Positions 46,619-57,186 are shown, counted from the first letter of the stretch. The stretch is 64,000 nt of DNA from Minisyncoccota bacterium (GCA_958295675.1 OY282360.1:358394-422393), one strand, 5' to 3'. Notes: generated from the sequence alone by a model not told the origin. Numbers and translations: made by a program.

Positions 46619-48527
46619 GCAGCGCAGTATACATGTCTTTCAATGATATTTTCGCGACATTGATAACCTGATCCGCGCCACCGTAATATGTCAGTATTGT
46701 ATCATCTAGAATTACACTGCCGCAAGGAAAGACAACATTCGGGATTTCTCCGACTTTTTCATATTCTTCTTCGGGTTCAAGCAGGGGTCCGTCTGTTCTG
46801 CCGATAATGTGAGTTGGATCTTTCAAATCCATCATTACCGCACCGACACGGTAAATATGGTCCTCTTTTGAGACACCATGATATAGCAACACCCACCCTT
46901 TCGGTGTCCGCATGGGTGGTGATGCGATACCGACTTTCTCATTATCCCAATATTCCCGTCGCGCCCGCATCCAGCGATATTCATCTATCCAGCGGGAATC
47001 GTCAAAATGAAGTGTATCAGTAAACGCAATATCAATCTCACCGGCTATTCGGTGAAAGATAAGATATTTACCGTTTACTTTTTCAGGGAACAGACACGCA
47101 TCTTTATCATCCAATCCAGGCGGACTGATCAGTACGGGATCTGACCACTTATCCCACCGGCGATTCAGGAATGATTCTAACGGTATTGAGGTCAATGCCA
47201 CTCGAGGTACATTTATACCGTCAAAGGCGGTATAGAGCATGTAGAGCGTGTTGCCTATCACGGTTGTTCTCGCGTCTTCACAGCCGGAATTACCGCTGCC
47301 TTTCTTTTGTTCAAACTCAGCGCGCGGGGTGTAAATCGGTTCGCTCAGGCGTTCAGCGACGGTGATACCGTCATTACTCACCGCATAGCCAAATACGGAA
47401 GTACCGTCCATAGATTGCGCGCGATACACAATATGTACCTTACCCTCAGCGTAAAATGCGGCAGGATTAAAGGTTGTACGGTCTTCCCACGGATGTTCGG
47501 ATATTGGTTCAATAATAGGATCTTTATTACAACGCTCCATTTTCACAAAATCTTCTTCCGGTTTTTTCATGCGAATAAGCAAGTCCGCGAGCGGTATGGT
47601 AGCCGCATTACAAGTGGTATCAGTTGCACCGTAGAAAATATGAATATTCTTTCGTTCCCGCAGTGCGCCGGACGGAAAGATAACATTCGGCACCATGCCG
47701 TACAGTTCATTGTATGCGTCCGGCATCATAATAGGTCCGTAGGTACGGTCAATAATCTTTTTCGGGTTATTCCGGTCAAGAATCACAGCTTCAATGCCGA
47801 ATAGTACATCTTCCTTTCCGTAGTGATTAATGTGCGAGTAAATCAGCAGCCACCCTCTGTCAATCAGCACAGGAGGTGCGCCGATCTCAATATGGTCATC
47901 CTCTTCCCTTTTCAGGTTAATGGTATGCGTGTCTATGTCTTTGTACCAGGCCCACCAATGATCTGTGTTCCACATTTGCTCCGGTTCGTCAAAATAAATA
48001 ATGCCGGTTTTTGACGGCGGTTGATCAGTATCCACGCTTAAAATTGCCGCCATGCGACCTTGTATTTTTTTCGGAAAAAGTGTCATGGCTTTCGCGTTAA
48101 ACGGTGTTACTAAATGTTTTTCATCAACAGTTTTTAAATTTTTTGAGAGAGCGACAGCAACTTTTATTCCCGGCGCGCTGAACGGATAGGTGGAAAGCGC
48201 GGTATAAAAAATATAGTGCATGCCGTCCAGTTTAGTAACCCGCGGATCCTCGCAGCCGAATCGCTCCCACTGGTGTTCAGGAACGATGAATTGTTTCGGG
48301 TTGGAATAATGGAAACCGTCCAAACTCGCCGCATGTCCGATAGTTGAAAAAGAAAGGCGTTCCCGGGCAAGATCATCGTACTGCTCCAGCGATAACGCGC
48401 GGAAAAACAAATGTGTACGCAGCCCCGCCCGTATCGGACAGCCATTAAATGTCGCCAGGGCTTGCCATGCGTATCTGGAATCCGGCGAGAGTATAGGATT
48501 GTGTTTGTAACGGGAGACAGTGAACAT
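46608..48527 (-). CDS. tandem two-domain GH130-family (beta-mannoside phosphorylase-like) protein
   Basis: Two copies of the NP..SP...W......FNP / GCEDPR / YTA..DG pattern. Confidence 0.55.
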   Translation of the reverse strand: MFTVSRYKHNPILSPDSRYAWQALATFNGCPIRAGLRTHLFFRALSLEQYDDLARERLSFSTIGHAASLDGFHYSNPKQFIVPEHQWERFGCEDPRVTKLDGMHYIFYTALSTYPFSAPGIKVAVALSKNLKTVDEKHLVTPFNAKAMTLFPKKIQGRMAAILSVDTDQPPSKTGIIYFDEPEQMWNTDHWWAWYKDIDTHTINLKREEDDHIEIGAPPVLIDRGWLLIYSHINHYGKEDVLFGIEAVILDRNNPKKIIDRTYGPIMMPDAYNELYGMVPNVIFPSGALRERKNIHIFYGATDTTCNAATIPLADLLIRMKKPEEDFVKMERCNKDPIIEPISEHPWEDRTTFNPAAFYAEGKVHIVYRAQSMDGTSVFGYAVSNDGITVAERLSEPIYTPRAEFEQKKGSGNSGCEDARTTVIGNTLYMLYTAFDGINVPRVALTSIPLESFLNRRWDKWSDPVLISPPGLDDKDACLFPEKVNGKYLIFHRIAGEIDIAFTDTLHFDDSRWIDEYRWMRARREYWDNEKVGIASPPMRTPKGWVLLYHGVSKEDHIYRVGAVMMDLKDPTHIIGRTDGPLLEPEEEYEKVGEIPNVVFPCGSVILDDTILTYYGGADQVINVAKISLKDMYTALHVR

Positions 48528-48532
48528 ACATG

Positions 48533-49615
48533 CTATTTCCTTTTGAAACAGTTGCCAATAGCACGAAGAATATTTCTTCGCATAGAGGTAGCGGCAACAG
48601 CACCACTCTCTAATTCACTGAGAAAAGTAGAAAGATTAGCATACGCGACACAGACAAAACTGTCCGCTCCGCCGTAATACAGTAGTAAACGATCATCCTT
48701 AACAACCGCCCCGGATGCGTACACCACTCCATTTTTATAGCCCTCAATTTCACACATATCTTCCGGTCTTATAACCGGCTTATCAGAACGGTGCAATACC
48801 TTTGTCGGATCTTCAATATCCAAAAGCATTGCCCCAATTTTATAATGTGACATGTTACCGTGATTCATCGCATGGTAAAAGAGCAACCAACCGCTGTCAG
48901 TTTTAATCGGCGGCGGTCCCACACCGCGCGTATATGAATCCCAGCGTTCTGACGGTTCGCCTGGTGTGTAGACACTTTGTATATACGCTCCGTCAGCAAA
49001 GTCAAGATTATCCAAATATTCAATTGAGAGTGGACTCAGCGAATGACAGATTGCGTATTTGCCCTGTATTTTTTCAGGGAACAAAACCCAATTTTTATGC
49101 ACCTCGCCCGGGGGAGACATAAACCTCGGTCGTTTCCACATGTGCCATCGCTTGGCGCGAAAGTCATCTGTTGATATGGAAGAAATCGCCATGCGCAAAC
49201 CATCCGAACAGGATGTGTATGTCAGGTATATGGTGTCCTCGTCCTCCATGTGTACCAGTCGCGGGTCTTCACAGCCGACAAAACTACCCCCGGATCGCAT
49301 TGAGTACACGGCATACCGCACATCTCCGCTCATTTCACGATACGCGGGTTTTTCCGGGCAATCATCTATTTGGAAACCGTCAGGAGAACTCGCGTATCCG
49401 AAACGGGATACACCGTCAGCACCGATAGCCCGATACAAAAGGTGCACTCTGTCATCCAATAGAACTGCCGCCGGGTTGAAAGTTTGCCAAGAGCGCCAGT
49501 CAACACTATTGTCCGGAGACATGATAGGGTTTTTGGAGGAGCGGGAAACACTATCAAAGGTTTTTTCCCTTTGTTTCTTTGTTTTTTTTCTGGTAAAAAA
49601 AGAGAATAACTTCAT
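48533..49615 (-). CDS. GH130-family glycoside phosphorylase-like protein
   Basis: KNPIMSPDNSVDWRSWQTFNPAA...GCEDPRLV...YTSCSDG. Start set at MKLFSFF to avoid overlapping the tRNA. Confidence 0.55.
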   Translation of the reverse strand: MKLFSFFTRKKTKKQREKTFDSVSRSSKNPIMSPDNSVDWRSWQTFNPAAVLLDDRVHLLYRAIGADGVSRFGYASSPDGFQIDDCPEKPAYREMSGDVRYAVYSMRSGGSFVGCEDPRLVHMEDEDTIYLTYTSCSDGLRMAISSISTDDFRAKRWHMWKRPRFMSPPGEVHKNWVLFPEKIQGKYAICHSLSPLSIEYLDNLDFADGAYIQSVYTPGEPSERWDSYTRGVGPPPIKTDSGWLLFYHAMNHGNMSHYKIGAMLLDIEDPTKVLHRSDKPVIRPEDMCEIEGYKNGVVYASGAVVKDDRLLLYYGGADSFVCVAYANLSTFLSELESGAVAATSMRRNILRAIGNCFKRK

Positions 49616-49730
49616 TATTAATATAAAACTAAATAGGATAGTATAAAATACTAAACATGTATAGTATACAAGAGAAAATAACAATTTAAAGATATACACA
49701 TAAAACAACGAGTGTGGTATGGTACTCACA

Positions 49731-49824
49731 GGAGAGGTGGCTGAGCGGTCGAAGGCGCTCCCCTGCTAAGGGAGTAGGGGGTTTAAAAGCCCCCTCGAGG
49801 GTTCGAATCCCTCCCTCTCCGCCA
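49731..49824 (+). tRNA. tRNA-Ser (anticodon GCU), class II, CCA encoded
   Basis: Acceptor ggagagg/cctctcc, anticodon loop cuGCUaa, long variable arm, T-loop gttcgaat. Confidence 0.8.
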
Positions 49825-49910
49825 TATATTCAAAAAATTTCCCCTATATCAAATGTACGATGCACACTTGATATAGGGAAAATGCAGGTTTTCCTGAAAA
49901 CACTCAGTCA

Positions 49911-50120
49911 CTAAATGTCATCAGCAATGTTGCGTATGGCCAAAACCAGGTCCTCATCACTCCTTTCTCCTTTCGCAACACATCTGACCATGTGCTTGAT
50001 CTGGAGAATGTTGCTATCAGACAGACCTCCCAACACTTCCGGTTTCCTTTCCGGCCAATGCTCCAACATCCTGCTTGCGGCACATTGTACCTCAACTGAC
50101 GGAACAATGCGTTGACTCAT
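49911..50120 (-). CDS. small hypothetical protein
   Basis: 69 aa, no motifs, next to the tRNA. Confidence 0.25.
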   Translation of the reverse strand: MSQRIVPSVEVQCAASRMLEHWPERKPEVLGGLSDSNILQIKHMVRCVAKGERSDEDLVLAIRNIADDI

Positions 50121-50231
50121 TGCACTAACCTCCCCCCTCTTTTGTCAGTGGTTTGCTTTTATTGTCTGTTGAAACAGACAATAAAATTAGAGTACTATAC
50201 ACATTGTATCAAATAAATTTTATGTGGAAAA

Positions 50232-51251
50232 CTAAAATATTGGATTTGTGTTTGTTTCTATGCGCGTATTCTCAATCTGCGATAAATCACCGACTACATC
50301 CCAGTGTTCAACAATGACACCTTTTTCAAGACGGTAAATATCAAACGCGTACGGACCTGATGTGTAATCTTTTGAATCACGCGGAGCATAGTGTACTTGT
50401 GTAATTACGAAATCACCATCAGCAACAGATTGTTTCACATTAGCGATGACATCAGGAAACTGTTTCTTAAGCGGTCTAAAAATCTCAATCAGACCATCTA
50501 AACCATTCGGTTCATTCAGGTTGTGTTGTATCAAGTCATGAGCAACGATTTTTCGCAATTTTGGGTTATCATAATCTCCTTCGTCAAAGAATAAACGACT
50601 GTATTCTAACACAACTCTTTTATTTTTATCCCTGTGCCGTTGATTGATGCGCTTTTTAGCGTGCAATGAATCCCCGCGTTCTTTTGCAGCCATAACATGC
50701 TTTGTTCTCTTATTTACTGCACCGTCAAAAAGCGAATTACCGTTAATTGAAGATGTGTATGGGTTTACTTGCTGTGTGAGTCCCCAATATTCCGCAATAC
50801 GATGTTCGTCATCCATCCTGAACATGCTGACAAGAGCATAACCGGTACCGTAATCATTGCCGATATCACGTTTGTCAAAAAGCAGATGCGTCTGCAGTAT
50901 CACCAAATCGTTTTCAGCAAACATACGTTTTACATCCATATATGGATTTGGGAAATTAGCAAATTCACGGCGGTAAAATGAAATAAATCCTTCTGGACCG
51001 TCCGGGATATACGGTGTATGTTGTATGAAATTAGGAGCGAATGCAGAACGGAGAGTTTTTGTGTCTTGTTCGTTATATCCCTGTTCAACAAAATTAAGAA
51101 CAGCGGCAACATTTCGAGTTTCTACAGATGCCATACCACTGTCACTGTTGTAAAAGAAAGAAATAATAAGCAAAAAAGCAATCGCGACAAGCACGAGGGC
51201 AGGCATATTCTTTTTACTCTTTTGATGTATTTTTTTCATGGTGTGTTTCAT
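50232..51251 (-). CDS. membrane-anchored protein with two NTF2/SnoaL-like domains
   Basis: N-terminal TM, then two roughly 130-aa units with SnoaL-like patterning. Confidence 0.4.
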   Translation of the reverse strand: MKHTMKKIHQKSKKNMPALVLVAIAFLLIISFFYNSDSGMASVETRNVAAVLNFVEQGYNEQDTKTLRSAFAPNFIQHTPYIPDGPEGFISFYRREFANFPNPYMDVKRMFAENDLVILQTHLLFDKRDIGNDYGTGYALVSMFRMDDEHRIAEYWGLTQQVNPYTSSINGNSLFDGAVNKRTKHVMAAKERGDSLHAKKRINQRHRDKNKRVVLEYSRLFFDEGDYDNPKLRKIVAHDLIQHNLNEPNGLDGLIEIFRPLKKQFPDVIANVKQSVADGDFVITQVHYAPRDSKDYTSGPYAFDIYRLEKGVIVEHWDVVGDLSQIENTRIETNTNPIF

Positions 51252-51327
51252 ACAAATTTTACATTCTTATTCTTTATATTTTAATAATAAATAGTATACA
51301 CCATAGTTTATACTATATATCTATAGT

Positions 51328-52190
51328 TTACCTAAATTGAACCTGATCAGGATACTGTTTCTTCAGTTCTTCTTTCTCGTTGTCTGGCAGTGCTTGACTT
51401 GCAAATATAGAGTTTCCAATTTTTATAGGCCAGTTGGTGATACCTTGAGTGGATGTGAGTCTATTAAGGTACAGATTATCACCAATCTCTTTCGGCATAG
51501 TGATCTCAGTATCTTCAGTATCTATGGATGTGAGACTGATAAAATTCAGACTACCACCAACCACCTCCGGCATAGTGAATTTAGTATCTATGGATGTGAT
51601 TCTCCTGAGATCCAGACCACCAACTCCTTCGGCATGGTAATCTCAGTATCTATAGATGTGAGATTGCCGAGAGCCAGAGTACCGCCAACCTCCTCCGGCA
51701 GCGTGAGTCCCTCAGCGGAGGTGAGATCACCGAGATCCAAGTCACCATAATGATACCGTATAGTACCGGAAAGCGCCTCTTCTTCAGTCAAAGAAATACG
51801 ATTGGAAGTGGTGCCAAACGCAAGCGCGAGATCCTGTTTCTTCTCTTCATCGCTTCTCCATCTTTTCATCATCTCTCTTCGTCTTTCTTCTTCCTCATAA
51901 TTCCTACTTTTCAAGTGCTGACCTATGCCATACAACACCCAGTATTCCCATTTCGTCAGGTTCTTCTTGTCCTCCATCTTCCGCTCTATATCGTCCAGAC
52001 GCTCATTAAACGGCTGTTTGTACAATACCACCACATCACGCAATTCTTCCGCAAGGTTATCAAACTTTCTAACTGTTTCCTTTACCGCATCAGATTCCAT
52101 TCCTTCTTTGACAAGCACAGAGAGACACAATTCTCGCAATCCGTCCAATACTTTCAATTGTTTCTGTAGTTCTTCGCATATATCCGCCAT
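51328..52190 (-). pseudogene. family-B repeat-protein gene disrupted by partial duplication/frameshift
   Basis: N-terminal ORF 51588..52211 (MADICEELQKQL...) and C-terminal ORF 51328..51573 (...ITNWPIKIG...KKQYPDQVQFR) are in different frames. The IDTEITMPKE segment is duplicated at the junction. Confidence 0.5.
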
Positions 52191-52280
52191 GCTGACGGTA
52201 GTGTACCCCATATATCAAATGCCGTACTCTTTCTTGTGTGAAGATGTTTTTTAGTTTTAATTGTATTCCATTTCATTATT

Positions 52281-53321
52281 TTATCCATAATGAACCTGAC
52301 CCGGATACCGTTTCTCCAGCTCTTCTCTCTCGTTGTCTGGCAATGCTTTGTTTGCATATATAACACCTCCAATCTTTGATGGCCAGTAAGTGATACCTTG
52401 GATAGTGTTAAGACCATATATATCTAAACCATTACCAATCTCTTCAGGTAGCGTGAGTCCTTTCGCGGAGGTGAGACCTCTGAGATCCAGATGACCTCCG
52501 ATTTTTTTTGGCAGTCTGAGTCCTTCAACGAAGGTGAGACTACTGAGATGTAGACTACCATTAATCTCTTCTGGCAGGGTAAATCCCTCAGCGGAGGTAA
52601 GATTGTCAAGCCACAGGCTACCACCAATATTCCTCGGCAAAGTGAGTCCCTTAGCGGAACTGAGACCGCCGAGATCTAGATGACCACCAATCTCCCTCGG
52701 CAGGATGAGTCCTTCAGCGGAGGTGAGTCTACTGAGATGTATACTACCACCAATATTCCTCGGCAAAGTGAGTCCCTTAGCGGAGGTGAGACTACTGAGA
52801 TGTAGACTACCACTAATCTCTTCTGGCAGAGTGAGTCCCTCAGCGAAAGTGATACCGTCAAGCCACAAATCACTACCAATCTCCCTCGGTAGGATGAGTT
52901 TCTCAGCGGACTTGAGACCGCCGAGATCCAGATGACCACCAATCTTCCTCGGCAAAGTGAGTCCCTTAGCGGAGGTGAGTCTGCCGAGATGTAGACTGCC
53001 ACTAATCTCTTCCGGCAGGGTGAATCCCTCAGCGGAAGTGAGACCGTCGAGCCACAGACTGCCGTTATGATACCGTATTTTTCCAGAAAGTGCTTCTTCT
53101 TCATTCACGGAAATACGATCAGGTGTGGTGTCAAACGCGCGCGCGAGATCCTGTTTCTTTTCTTCATCACTTCTCCTGTTCTCTGGCAAAACAAGATCTT
53201 GACCTATATTCTCTGGCAAAACAAGATCTATATCAGCATTTGGTTCATCATGTTCTGTTTTGGGTTTTCTGTATTTTCCGTCTAAAGGACCTGATTCCTT
53301 CATATGTGTATAATTTACCAT
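52281..53321 (-). CDS. family-B protein, N-terminally truncated variant (unique 45-aa N-terminus, about 11 repeats, conserved C-terminal module)
   Basis: ...RRSDEEKKQDLARAFDTTPDRISVNEEEALSGKIRYH then 22-aa repeats, ending GITYWPSKIGGVIYANKALPDNEREELEKRYPGQVHYG. Confidence 0.55.
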   Translation of the reverse strand: MVNYTHMKESGPLDGKYRKPKTEHDEPNADIDLVLPENIGQDLVLPENRRSDEEKKQDLARAFDTTPDRISVNEEEALSGKIRYHNGSLWLDGLTSAEGFTLPEEISGSLHLGRLTSAKGLTLPRKIGGHLDLGGLKSAEKLILPREIGSDLWLDGITFAEGLTLPEEISGSLHLSSLTSAKGLTLPRNIGGSIHLSRLTSAEGLILPREIGGHLDLGGLSSAKGLTLPRNIGGSLWLDNLTSAEGFTLPEEINGSLHLSSLTFVEGLRLPKKIGGHLDLRGLTSAKGLTLPEEIGNGLDIYGLNTIQGITYWPSKIGGVIYANKALPDNEREELEKRYPGQVHYG

Positions 53322-53370
53322 ACATATATATGGTAGATACGAATGTGGAAAAATTGATTATATCTATAGT

Positions 53371-54093
53371 TTACACATATTGAACCTGATCAGGATACTG
53401 TTTCTTCAGTTCTTCTTTCTCGTTGTCTGGCAGTGCTTGACTTACAATTATCTCGTGTCTAATTTTTATAGGCCAGTTGGTGATACCTTGAGTGGATGTG
53501 AGACCGCTGAGAACCAGACCACCACCAATCTTTCTCGGCAACTCAAGCCCTTCCGCGGAGATGAGAGCGGCGAGAAGCAGATGACCACCAATCTCTTCCG
53601 GCAATGTAACTCCTTTTGCGGAGGCGGTATCTTTAAGATATAATTCATCGTAATGATATCGTATGTTACCGGAAAGTGCTTCTTCTTCGGTCACGGAAAT
53701 ACGGTTAGGTGTGGTGTCAAATTCAATTGCGAGATCCTGTTTCTTCTCTTCATCGCTTCTCCATTTTTCTACAATTTCTTTTCGTCTTTTATCTTCTTCA
53801 TATTTAAGACGGCCCGGATACCAATCCACACCATACAACAGACGACATTCCCGTCTATCAAGTGGTTTCTTGTCCTCCATTTTCCGCTCTATATCGTCCA
53901 GACGCTCATTAAACGGCTGTCTGTAGAATACCGTAGCATCACGCAATTCTTCCGCCAGCGTATCAAACTCCCTAACCGCTTTCTTCGCCGCATCAGATTC
54001 CATTCCTTCTTTGACAAGCACAGAGAGACACGATTCCCGCAATCCGTCCAATACTTTCAGATCTTTCCGCAGTTCTTTGCATATATCTGCCAT
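53371..54093 (-). CDS. family-B protein (N-terminal ~150-aa helical domain + 2-3 repeats + C-terminal module)
   Basis: MADICKELRKDLKVLDGLRESCLSVLVKEGMESDAAKK ... QGITNWPIKI ... KKQYPDQVQYV. Confidence 0.65.
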   Translation of the reverse strand: MADICKELRKDLKVLDGLRESCLSVLVKEGMESDAAKKAVREFDTLAEELRDATVFYRQPFNERLDDIERKMEDKKPLDRRECRLLYGVDWYPGRLKYEEDKRRKEIVEKWRSDEEKKQDLAIEFDTTPNRISVTEEEALSGNIRYHYDELYLKDTASAKGVTLPEEIGGHLLLAALISAEGLELPRKIGGGLVLSGLTSTQGITNWPIKIRHEIIVSQALPDNEKEELKKQYPDQVQYV

Positions 54094-54160
54094 ACTGGAA
54101 AATAGTATACCCTATATACTAAACATTTCCTTTGGTTTGATTGTATTCCATTTCATTATT

Positions 54161-55636
54161 TTATTCATAACGAACCTTGCCCGGATACCGTTTCTCCAGT
54201 GCTGCTTTCTCATTGCCTGGTAGTGCTTCGTTTACATATATAACACCTCCAATCTTTGATGACCAATCAGTGATACCTTGAGTGGATGTGAGACCGTTGA
54301 GAACCAGAGTACCACCAATCTTCCTCGGCAGGATGAGTCCCTCGGCGGAAGTGAGACCGCTGAGAACCAGACCACCACCAATCTTCCTCGGCAACTCAAG
54401 CCCTTCCGCGGAGGTGAGACCGCTGAGAAGTAGACTACCACCAATCTCTTCAGGTAGTGTGAGTTCTTCAGCGGAGGTGAGACCTCTGAGAACCAGATCA
54501 CCACCAATCTCTTCAGGTAGCGTGAGTCCTTTCGCGGAGGTGAGACCGCTGAGAACCAGATCACCACCAATCTCTTCAGGTAGCGTGAGTCCTTTCGCGG
54601 AGGTGAGACCGCTGAGAACCAGATCACCACCAATCTCTTCAGGTAGTGTGAGTTCTTCAGCGGAGGTGAGACCTCTGAGAACCAGATCACCAGCAATCTC
54701 TTCAGGTAGCGTGAGTTCTTCAGCGGAGGTGAGACCGTTGAGAACCAGAGTACCACCAATCTTCCTCGGCAGGATGAGTCCCTCGGCGGAAGTGAGACCG
54801 CTGAGATTCAGACCGCCACCAACCTCTTCAGGTAGCGTGAGTCCCTCAGCGGAAGTGAGACCGCTGAGAAACAGACCACCAATCTCTTCAGGTAGCGTGA
54901 GTTTTTTCGCGGAGGTGAGACCGTCGAGCCACAGATGACCACCAATCTTCCTCGGCAGGGTGAGTCCTTTCGCGGAGGTGAGACCGTTGAGATACAGACC
55001 ACCACCAATCTTCCTCGGCAGGGTGAGTCCTTTCGCGGAGGTGAGACCGCTGAGAAGTAGACTACCACCAATCTCTTCAGGTAGTGTGAGTTCTTCAGCG
55101 GAGGTGAGACCGATGAGAACCAGATCACCACCAATCTCTTCCGGCAATGTAACTCCTTTTGCGGAGGCGGTATCTTTAAGATATAATTCATCGTAATGAT
55201 ATCGTATGTTACCGGAAAGTGCTTCTTCTTCGGTCACGGAAATACGGTTAGGTGTGGTGTCAAATTCAATTGCGAGATCCTGTTTCTTCTCTTCATCGCT
55301 TCTCCATTTTTCTACAATTTCTTTTCGTCTTTTATCTTCTTCATATTTAAGACGGCCCGGATACCAATCCACACCATACAACAGACGACATTCCCGTCTA
55401 TCAAGTGGTTTCTTGTCCTCCATTTTCCGCTCTATATCGTCCAGACGCTCATTAAACGGCTGTCTGTAGAATACCGTAGCATCACGCAATTCTTCCGCCA
55501 GCGTATCAAACTCCCTAACCGCTTTCTTCGCCGCATCAGATTCCATTCCTTCTTTGACAAGCAGAGAGATACAAAATTGTCGCCATGCATCCAGCTCTTT
55601 CAAATCTTTCAGCAGTTCTTTGCATATACTCGCCAT
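54161..55636 (-). CDS. family-B protein (N-domain + about 14 repeats + C-terminal module)
   Basis: Start at MASICKELL. N-domain 95% identical to 53371..54093. Confidence 0.65.
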   Translation of the reverse strand: MASICKELLKDLKELDAWRQFCISLLVKEGMESDAAKKAVREFDTLAEELRDATVFYRQPFNERLDDIERKMEDKKPLDRRECRLLYGVDWYPGRLKYEEDKRRKEIVEKWRSDEEKKQDLAIEFDTTPNRISVTEEEALSGNIRYHYDELYLKDTASAKGVTLPEEIGGDLVLIGLTSAEELTLPEEIGGSLLLSGLTSAKGLTLPRKIGGGLYLNGLTSAKGLTLPRKIGGHLWLDGLTSAKKLTLPEEIGGLFLSGLTSAEGLTLPEEVGGGLNLSGLTSAEGLILPRKIGGTLVLNGLTSAEELTLPEEIAGDLVLRGLTSAEELTLPEEIGGDLVLSGLTSAKGLTLPEEIGGDLVLSGLTSAKGLTLPEEIGGDLVLRGLTSAEELTLPEEIGGSLLLSGLTSAEGLELPRKIGGGLVLSGLTSAEGLILPRKIGGTLVLNGLTSTQGITDWSSKIGGVIYVNEALPGNEKAALEKRYPGKVRYE

Positions 55637-55662
55637 ACTGGAAAATAGTATAACACACAGGT

Positions 55663-56130
55663 TCAAGCATATGCATCTACAACTTCTGCTAATACTTTTT
55701 CCGCGTGTCCATCTGCTTTCACATTTCTCCAGTGTTTTTGGACTTTGCCATCAGGATTAATTAGCACTGTACTTCTTACAATACCCATATATGTCTTTCC
55801 ATAGTTATTCTTTTCTCGCCATGCGTCATATGCTTCAAGCATCTTACCCTCTTCATCACTCAATAAATCTATTTTAAATGCATATTTCTCATGAAATTTT
55901 TTATGCGATTCCACAGAATCCTTGGAAACACCGAACACAACAGTATTCTTTTTTGCAAAATCATCATGTAACGCAGAGAATTGTTGTCCTTCAACAGTAC
56001 ACCCCGGCGTATCATCTTTTGGATAGAAGTAAAGCACAACATGTTTGCCGGCAAAATCCGTTAAAGAAACTTCTTTACCATCCTGGTTTAGTAGGTGAAA
56101 TGTCGGTGCTTTTCTCCCTTCTTCAATCAT
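55663..56130 (-). CDS. bcp: peroxiredoxin Bcp (thiol peroxidase)
   Basis: FYPKDDTPGCT active-site motif, 155 aa. Confidence 0.8.
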   Translation of the reverse strand: MIEEGRKAPTFHLLNQDGKEVSLTDFAGKHVVLYFYPKDDTPGCTVEGQQFSALHDDFAKKNTVVFGVSKDSVESHKKFHEKYAFKIDLLSDEEGKMLEAYDAWREKNNYGKTYMGIVRSTVLINPDGKVQKHWRNVKADGHAEKVLAEVVDAYA

Positions 56131-56193
56131 AATGATAGTATAACATGAATAGAAAAAAGTTGTGCATGAACACTATATAAAAATCTTCTCTAC

Positions 56194-57186
56194 ATGGTCT
56201 TATTATGTGGTATAGTACTGGTGATGGAGAAGTATGCAGTACGCTATAGGTGGGCGTTTGTTCCGGCGGTTATTATCCTGCTGATGTGGTTGCCCGGTAT
56301 TAATTTCTCAGAACCCACAGGATTTGAGCATCTCTTCCGCTCGGTCGCGTGGATATTGGCTGCCTCTTGCGCGTACATCTATATATTAAACAAAATTGAG
56401 ACACTACGGCATCAGAACATATTCCTCGTACTCTCACTGATCACATTGCCTTTTGTTATTTTCGGGATATTGCTCGGAGGATTAATCGGAGCCACTGGCA
56501 TTATCATCAATTCCGGTATTCCATTGCTCATCCTCCTTATCCTCGGTGGCGGAACGCTCTACAAACAGGAAGGCGTGCGCACGAGAGCAATTGTTTCAAT
56601 ACTAATTTTTATAGCATTTTTCATCTCCATGATTTGGTTTTTCGTCTCTTCAATCCAGAAAGAGAATGTAATGCGGTGTACAGATCTTTATTTCGGCACA
56701 TGGAACGAAACAGAGAAACGGTGTGATGAGCCGCCGGATCAGGCACTGAGAAATGCTATATATTTCTCGTATGATATCACTTTGGAGGACGGACAGATAT
56801 ACTTTGACCGGCCGAAAGCGGATGAAGAAAAGCAGCATAGCAAATGGGGTGATTGGACAGCACTGCTGAGTGTAAGCGGCACAGATGCCGGTGATGTGCG
56901 GTTCCATACCGATCTCGCCCTGACACGCGATGACCTCATATTCGTTCCTCTTACATCAGAAATCACAGGAAACATATATCTCCTTTCTCTGAAGAAAGCA
57001 GCGTCTCCCGTCGGTCTTTTCGGGCATTCAAAACAGGCGGATATCGCGCAGATTGACGGTTTACAAATTACTGAACTGGCGTTTGATAATGACGGCGCGC
57101 TCAATGTGACGGTAAGGCATGCGGAAGAAGGTGTAAAAACTTTGGTATTCAGCATTTCAAATGCAGGCAATCTTATAGCAAAATAA
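56194..57186 (+). CDS. polytopic membrane protein with C-terminal extracytoplasmic domain
   Basis: At least 5 TM helices in the N-terminal 170 aa. Hypothetical. Confidence 0.45.
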   Translation: MVLLCGIVLVMEKYAVRYRWAFVPAVIILLMWLPGINFSEPTGFEHLFRSVAWILAASCAYIYILNKIETLRHQNIFLVLSLITLPFVIFGILLGGLIGATGIIINSGIPLLILLILGGGTLYKQEGVRTRAIVSILIFIAFFISMIWFFVSSIQKENVMRCTDLYFGTWNETEKRCDEPPDQALRNAIYFSYDITLEDGQIYFDRPKADEEKQHSKWGDWTALLSVSGTDAGDVRFHTDLALTRDDLIFVPLTSEITGNIYLLSLKKAASPVGLFGHSKQADIAQIDGLQITELAFDNDGALNVTVRHAEEGVKTLVFSISNAGNLIAK

